Source: Bdellovibrionota bacterium (GTDB lineage: Bacteria > Bdellovibrionota > UBA1018 > CAIPTA01 > JAALKR01). From it: a DNA stretch of 64,000 nt. The notes under the pieces are model-generated. The model was not told the DNA's origin, made no database searches, and saw only the letters and a list, made by a program, of their open reading frames with translations. The stretch lies in NCBI GenBank assembly GCA_965207455.1, contig CBDBMJ010000003.1, positions 96,001 through 160,000 on the forward strand. Reading direction: 5' to 3'. The position numbers and the translations under genes are program-made. Positions 58,734 to 64,000 of the stretch are shown piece by piece (within the stretch, counting starts at the first letter, position 1; the number at the start of each line of letters is the position of its first letter).

Positions 58734-60330
58734 AAAAAAACACTCTTTTATACCCTTATTTTACTGGCGACAAGTACTAGGCACTGCCCTAGTCTTTACC
58801 CTCGCACTAACAATGTTGCCAAACGTGGCTAAAGGAACATCAACATTTTCAGATAATGGCACTCTATTGGTAAAGGAACGCCGGTGTGAGAAAAAGCGTA
58901 CTCGGCAGGGATTTAAAAACGTTTGCTTTGATTACTTCAGGGAGGCAACACCAGAAGAAATCGCAGCTTTTAGAGGAGAAAATACCAGCGCAGTAGCTGA
59001 TAAGGGAATAGGTGTAGCAGACGGATCAGGTGGACCAAGTTTAGATACAACAGGGCCAGTAAGGCCAGCATCGGGGGAATCGCAAGCAAAAGCAAATGCA
59101 CAAATAGATCAAAGAAACGCAGATTTAACGGCAAAAAACGAACAACAAGCGCTAGCAAAAGAACAAGCACTTTGTCCAGACACAGCGCCTACTGGTTTTG
59201 GTGCTTTCATTGATTTTATTTGGCCAGACCATTGTAATGTGTTTCATAGAGCAGCAGAAGCAGTAAATGCTCAGCTAACACCCGCATGTGCGGGTCCAAC
59301 ATGTAAAGCAAGTGCTGTTGAAGCAACTGAGGGGCTGCGCACTTCTGCAGAAATCTATAAATGGTCAAATCGTGCTGGAATTGTGGCAGCAGGGGCAGTG
59401 GTAGCTTCAGAGGCTTTCAATAGTGGCAATGACAAGGATTCTTTAGAGGCATCTGCTAAGATGTATAGGGTAGCTGGTGGTGCTGCTGTTGCAGCAGGAT
59501 CTGTGGATATTGCTTTATCTCTAAAAGCATGGATGTCTGAGCAGGAAAAAGTGAACAGCATTAACTGTATATCCCCCAGCACAGGCCAACCGGACGCAGC
59601 TTGTACCGCTGGAAAAGATGCAGCGAACGTAAAAATCGACGAAGCAATTATGGAAGCTTCTCTCATGGGTAGCGCTAAAATAGTTGGTGGCTTGGGCGCT
59701 ATAAAATTAGGAAGTGATTCTGCTAAGAGTGCTAACAACCTGAGTTCAGTAAAGTCCTCCGCTCCTCCTACAAAAGTTGACCCTGGCAAGCATTACGGTA
59801 GAGATAATGAATTTGACAAAACCTCAACAGGAGGAGCTTCTGTAGCTCAAGAGGAAAAATTTCCCGACTTTAGCAGTTCATCACAGGCAGCAAGTAAAAG
59901 AGATGCTGGAGGTATTCCTACTGCCGCTTCCGACAAGTCAGACTCTCCCGGAAATTATGGACAGTCGGCATCCACGGGTTCCAGTGGATCCCTCGGTGGG
60001 TCGAATATAGATGACTCGCAAGGGAACGCTTCCAGTGGTTTTATAAAAATATCTAAGGGAGGAACATCTTGGTCTGGCGGAGGTCGTGGTCTTGCCAATG
60101 GCGTAATGGATATGAGTGGATCTGATGGTGGTTTTGGAAACATTATGAGCTCTCTTATGGGTGGCAGTCAAAAACCAGAAAACAATAACTATGTTTCTAT
60201 TGCTCAAGCCAAAGCCGACTATAAGCGCTCCCTACAGTCAGGCAAGGGTGGAAGTTCTCTATCTATTTTTGATCGCATCCACAGTGCTATCAAAAGAAAT
60301 ATGAAGGAGGGAAGCCTTTCTCCGAGGTAA
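58723..60330 (+). CDS. Exported Gly/Ser-rich family member 2
   Basis: Signal peptide, Cys pairs, Ala/Gly hydrophobic helices, low-complexity linker, SIFDRIH tail. Confidence 0.85.
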   Translation: MEIRKKHSFIPLFYWRQVLGTALVFTLALTMLPNVAKGTSTFSDNGTLLVKERRCEKKRTRQGFKNVCFDYFREATPEEIAAFRGENTSAVADKGIGVADGSGGPSLDTTGPVRPASGESQAKANAQIDQRNADLTAKNEQQALAKEQALCPDTAPTGFGAFIDFIWPDHCNVFHRAAEAVNAQLTPACAGPTCKASAVEATEGLRTSAEIYKWSNRAGIVAAGAVVASEAFNSGNDKDSLEASAKMYRVAGGAAVAAGSVDIALSLKAWMSEQEKVNSINCISPSTGQPDAACTAGKDAANVKIDEAIMEASLMGSAKIVGGLGAIKLGSDSAKSANNLSSVKSSAPPTKVDPGKHYGRDNEFDKTSTGGASVAQEEKFPDFSSSSQAASKRDAGGIPTAASDKSDSPGNYGQSASTGSSGSLGGSNIDDSQGNASSGFIKISKGGTSWSGGGRGLANGVMDMSGSDGGFGNIMSSLMGGSQKPENNNYVSIAQAKADYKRSLQSGKGGSSLSIFDRIHSAIKRNMKEGSLSPR

Positions 60331-60333
60331 ATT

Positions 60334-61680
60334 ATGTTTCAAAATCCATTGTCAATAATTAGCATATCTTTGTTATTCGCCTTAGGCGGAAGCAATCTCC
60401 TATATGCTAAAAGTAGCCAGGGGTGTTTTAAAGAGAACAGTGATTGCCAGAAACATTTCAAAAAAATTAAAGCATGTTTGAACGTTCCTAAAACAAGTGC
60501 ATCGTTAGTAAGAGCAGGATGCAAAAAAATAAGTACAGGCTTTCAGGATGCAACTAAATGGGATAATATTTTAGAGGCGCTCAAAACAAGTAGAAACACA
60601 AATCTTGCAGACATAACTGCCTCTTCTTCGGGGCAAAAGGATCAAAACGCTGCATGTGTGGAGCTTAACAAAAACTCATCTCAGGAAATGAAATCAGCTA
60701 TTGCTAATTTAAAGGCGGCTTTTGAGAAAATAAATAAAGGCAAAAAACTTATAGATAAAGGGATAGCAAAACTCAGTGCACAGCAAGCTGCAAATCCAAA
60801 AGAAATCAAGAAGTACCAGGAATATTCCACTGCTGCGGAAAATATAAAGAGCCAAATCAAGAAAGAAATCAGAGAGTACTCCAGTCTCTCTAAAAATTTC
60901 AACAGCAATCAAGGAAAATGTGAACAAAATGAAAGCTCCACAAGCTCGCTAAAAAAACTTTATGAAAAAGAAAAGGAATTTAAAAAAGGCAAAGGAGGTC
61001 TTATATATGCTATGGGCAAGCAGCTACACTCTTTGGCCAAAGCTCGCAATAAAAGCATTAGCGGAAGCTCAGGGGCTAATCTTCTTTCAGATGCCGACAT
61101 AAAACTACCTCCACTCCCCACTCTTGAATGGGATGAAGAAACAGAGGAAGCCCAAGCATCTTCAGATTTCACTACTTCTCTTGCAGGGAGGGCTGGAAAT
61201 AAAAATATGGACAAGATTTTAAGTTCTAGCGAAGAATCGAATCCCAATACAAGTGGTGCTTCCACAGGTTTTCGTCACTCTAGTACACCCTCTGGAGGAA
61301 CTGCCATACCTCCATCTACAGCAAGCTCCACACCATCTGCAACAGGATCCACACAATCCTCATCCGTAATTGATAGCAAAATTGAAGTTGGCGCTATTTT
61401 GGAAAATGAAGAGTCCAATCTTTTCGCTTCGATCGCTTGGTCTGGCGGTGGTGGTGGGCTTGGTAATGGAATAGCTGGCAGCATAGATCCCAGTTTTAAA
61501 AATTTCTTTAACGATCAGCCCAAGAAAAATAATCGTACATATTCCAGCTATACTAGTGACTCTTCTCCAGATAGGCATTTAGCCGAACGAAAGGAAACGA
61601 AAGATGAAACAAGAGATTCTTTATTTGACCGCATACACCTCCAAATTTCATTGCTCTATGAGCAAGGCGAGGTTCGGTAA
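60334..61680 (+). CDS. Exported Gly/Ser-rich family member 3 (coiled coil)
   Basis: Signal peptide, Cys-containing helical domain, Ser-rich linker, SLFDRIH tail. Confidence 0.85.
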   Translation: MFQNPLSIISISLLFALGGSNLLYAKSSQGCFKENSDCQKHFKKIKACLNVPKTSASLVRAGCKKISTGFQDATKWDNILEALKTSRNTNLADITASSSGQKDQNAACVELNKNSSQEMKSAIANLKAAFEKINKGKKLIDKGIAKLSAQQAANPKEIKKYQEYSTAAENIKSQIKKEIREYSSLSKNFNSNQGKCEQNESSTSSLKKLYEKEKEFKKGKGGLIYAMGKQLHSLAKARNKSISGSSGANLLSDADIKLPPLPTLEWDEETEEAQASSDFTTSLAGRAGNKNMDKILSSSEESNPNTSGASTGFRHSSTPSGGTAIPPSTASSTPSATGSTQSSSVIDSKIEVGAILENEESNLFASIAWSGGGGGLGNGIAGSIDPSFKNFFNDQPKKNNRTYSSYTSDSSPDRHLAERKETKDETRDSLFDRIHLQISLLYEQGEVR

Positions 61681-61700
61681 TTTTTAGAAAGGAAAAGAAA

Positions 61701-63185
61701 ATGCTAAACTCAAAATACATTACATTTGCTCTATTTATGGGATTTCTATTTGCATTTCCTGCTTGGAACAATCCATCTCTAGCAGCTACAGAAAAGGAAG
61801 AGTGTGAGGAGAAGGATGGTAAGTATTGGGATGAAGATGATGAGGAATGTAAAAAGAAAAGAGCGAGAAGCAGGTGCAGTAAAAACACTGATAAATATAG
61901 TTCTGCTTGCGAAAAGGCAAGGGAAGCGATAGTTGATGCTAAAGATCGCCGTAAAATAGCCCAAGCTGCTGATCTGGCAACTGCGACTACCATTGGAATA
62001 ATCAACGCAAATAATTTTAGGCCTTACGATGAAAAAGCTAGTATCAGGCAACAAAAAACTGCTTTAACAGTAACTGGAATCAGCATGGCAGCAAAGGTTG
62101 CAAACAATCTGTGGAGTGTGAGAGAACTCGATAAGGCAGCAGAGGAAGCTGAACGTGAAAGCACTAAGGTAGAGGGATTAAGAGAAAATTATAACCAAGC
62201 TCGTAGTCGAGCTCGACAAGCAAATTCTAACTCAATAGTAAATGCTGCGTTCGATGAACATTTAGATGAAAGCGAAACTATGAACGAACTATATAGAAAA
62301 AGTGCTCAAACGGCTCACGGCTCTATCCCCCTTACTGAAAAAAAGCACACTAATTTTGTGGGCGCTCTATCGACTGACGCAAAAGAGATCATTAATAAGG
62401 GTGGTGACAGCGTAAGTGCTTTTGGACGAAACGCCACACGTGCAAGGGATCAATTGAATAGTGCCAGAAGAGCTGCTGAAAATGCATCTGACGGGTCTAT
62501 GGCTGAGACTCTTCTGAACTCAGTAGTCTTAGCTACGATTCCCATAGGTCTAAGCAGTTTAAACAGACTAGAAAAAAGTCTTGAACCAGTACCACTATCA
62601 TCTGAGATAGAATTTGGTGAGAGACGTACTGTTGCTTCTACTGCTCCCGGGGATGACTTTATCAGCCTAGGTGATCTTGGTGGTGATGATAGATACGATG
62701 GCAGCGGTATTCCTGCTGGAGCGAGGCGAGGAATTGAAGCTAAAAATTCATTTCCAACGATAGAGCCAGATAAATCTGCTGCCAATAACCAAGGATTTGG
62801 TGCAGGTGTTGCTGGCGCTCCCGGCGGGGGCGGACTTGCTGGCGGTGCCAACGCTGATCCCAACTCTAATGATAATAATGATTTTGGCTATACGGGGAGT
62901 GGAAAAATTGATTATCGACCAAGCAGTGGCGCTAAAGGGCTAAACTCTGGGTTTTCCAATGCTCCCAGCAAAGCGAGTGCAATGCAAGAAGCTTTGAAAT
63001 CCTTATTGGGTGGCAAAGGGGAAAAGGATAAAAACAGTCTTTCCTTTGGAGAGAACAAGGACAGAACCTTAGCCAGTAGAAGCGGAACTAATAGTGCTAC
63101 GGATATTGGGGAGAAAAACGGGCGTACGATTTTCCAGCGCGTGCAGTCTGCGTATGAAAGAGCGCAACTGAGTGGTTCTATTTAG
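61701..63185 (+). CDS. Exported Gly/Ser-rich family member 4
   Basis: Signal peptide, Cys pairs, hydrophobic helices, Gly-rich linker, TIFQRVQ tail. Confidence 0.85.
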   Translation: MLNSKYITFALFMGFLFAFPAWNNPSLAATEKEECEEKDGKYWDEDDEECKKKRARSRCSKNTDKYSSACEKAREAIVDAKDRRKIAQAADLATATTIGIINANNFRPYDEKASIRQQKTALTVTGISMAAKVANNLWSVRELDKAAEEAERESTKVEGLRENYNQARSRARQANSNSIVNAAFDEHLDESETMNELYRKSAQTAHGSIPLTEKKHTNFVGALSTDAKEIINKGGDSVSAFGRNATRARDQLNSARRAAENASDGSMAETLLNSVVLATIPIGLSSLNRLEKSLEPVPLSSEIEFGERRTVASTAPGDDFISLGDLGGDDRYDGSGIPAGARRGIEAKNSFPTIEPDKSAANNQGFGAGVAGAPGGGGLAGGANADPNSNDNNDFGYTGSGKIDYRPSSGAKGLNSGFSNAPSKASAMQEALKSLLGGKGEKDKNSLSFGENKDRTLASRSGTNSATDIGEKNGRTIFQRVQSAYERAQLSGSI

Positions 63186-64000
63186 AGATCCCTCTGACTA
63201 GAGGCTCCCTCTAGCAAAATTTCTGCTATATCTTTCACCACCACAGTTTCCTGTTGTTCTTCTGTTTTTATGCCGTCGGTAATCATGGTTGTGCAGAATG
63301 GACAGTTTAAGGCCACTGTTTTTGTTTTCGTGGCAAGGAGTTCTTGGGTTCGTTCCACGTTAATTCGCTTGCCTGTTGTTTCTTCCATAAAAATCCTAGC
63401 GCCTCCAGCACCACAGCAAAGTCCTGACTTGCGATTTCGTTTCACTTCTTCGATTTTCACACCAGCGGCCTTTAGTAAATCTCTGGGAGCTTCGTACACA
63501 CCATTCCAGCGTCCCATATAGCAGGAATCATGGTAGGTAACCGTTGTGTCTTGGTTTTTTGTTGGAATTTTTCCCTGTTTAACCAAGTCCAGAAGAAATG
63601 CGGAGTGGTGGACCACATTGTATTGGGCGCCAAAGGCTGGGTATTCATTTTTCAATGTATTGAAGCAGTGGGGGCAAGCAGCGAGTATGGTTCGGGGTTG
63701 GTATTTGCGGAGTGTTTTCACATTTTCTTGGATAAGCATTTGGGCTAGGTATTCATTGCCTGCACGTCGAGCAGGATCTCCGTTGCATTTTTCTTCCTTT
63801 CCCAGTATTGCAAAATCCACACCTGCCATTTGGAGAAGTTTCACAATGGCAGTGGCTACTTTTTTTGCTCTATCGTCGAAGGATCCAGCACAACCCACAT
63901 AATAGAGCACTGAAGCCTTGGGGTGATCTGCCATTTGCTGTACGCCGAGGTCTGCGCACCAGTCTGCTCGTGTGTCGTGGGGGAAGGCCCAGGGGGCGAA
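63182..64000 (-). CDS. Fe-S oxidoreductase with two CCG domains (GlpC/HdrD/FadF-like), 5' end beyond the window
   Basis: YVGC, CPHC, YHDSCYMGR, CCGAGG, CPFC; frame open to the window edge. Confidence 0.9.
   Translation of the reverse strand, partial: FAPWAFPHDTRADWCADLGVQQMADHPKASVLYYVGCAGSFDDRAKKVATAIVKLLQMAGVDFAILGKEEKCNGDPARRAGNEYLAQMLIQENVKTLRKYQPRTILAACPHCFNTLKNEYPAFGAQYNVVHHSAFLLDLVKQGKIPTKNQDTTVTYHDSCYMGRWNGVYEAPRDLLKAAGVKIEEVKRNRKSGLCCGAGGARIFMEETTGKRINVERTQELLATKTKTVALNCPFCTTMITDGIKTEEQQETVVVKDIAEILLEGASSQRDL

Overview
64 kb of a moderately AT-rich bacterial chromosome. Gene content and style (deltaproteobacterial-type flgF-flgL/csrA/fliW cluster, RCC1 and FGE/C-type-lectin lipoproteins, Gly/Ser-rich exported proteins) suggest Bdellovibrionota or a relative; this is an inference. 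Core functions: flagellar rod/hook genes, folD-gcvT-gcvH, PBP1A, tlyA, xseB, ssb, recQ-like, ruvCAB, ald, ffh, rpsP, khpA and four tRNAs (Leu-TAA, Pro-GGG, Lys-TTT, Glu-TTC). The most striking signal is a ~145-170 bp structured non-coding element with compensatory base changes. It sits behind two different tRNAs (Pro and Glu), starts with the reverse complement of the tRNA T-arm, and is followed each time by a duplicate of that tRNA's own 3' end. Other notable items: a type II RM cassette bracketed by a 121-bp exact direct repeat; a tandem four-gene family of exported proteins sharing a C-terminal (S/T)(I/L)FxR(V/I)...G motif; a 4.4-kb insertion between ffh and rpsP bounded by split inverted repeats; a probable spt-bcerS(-cerR) ceramide pathway; a catalytically altered patatin lipoprotein; and two frameshifted genes. 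All alignments were done by eye and no database searches were run.
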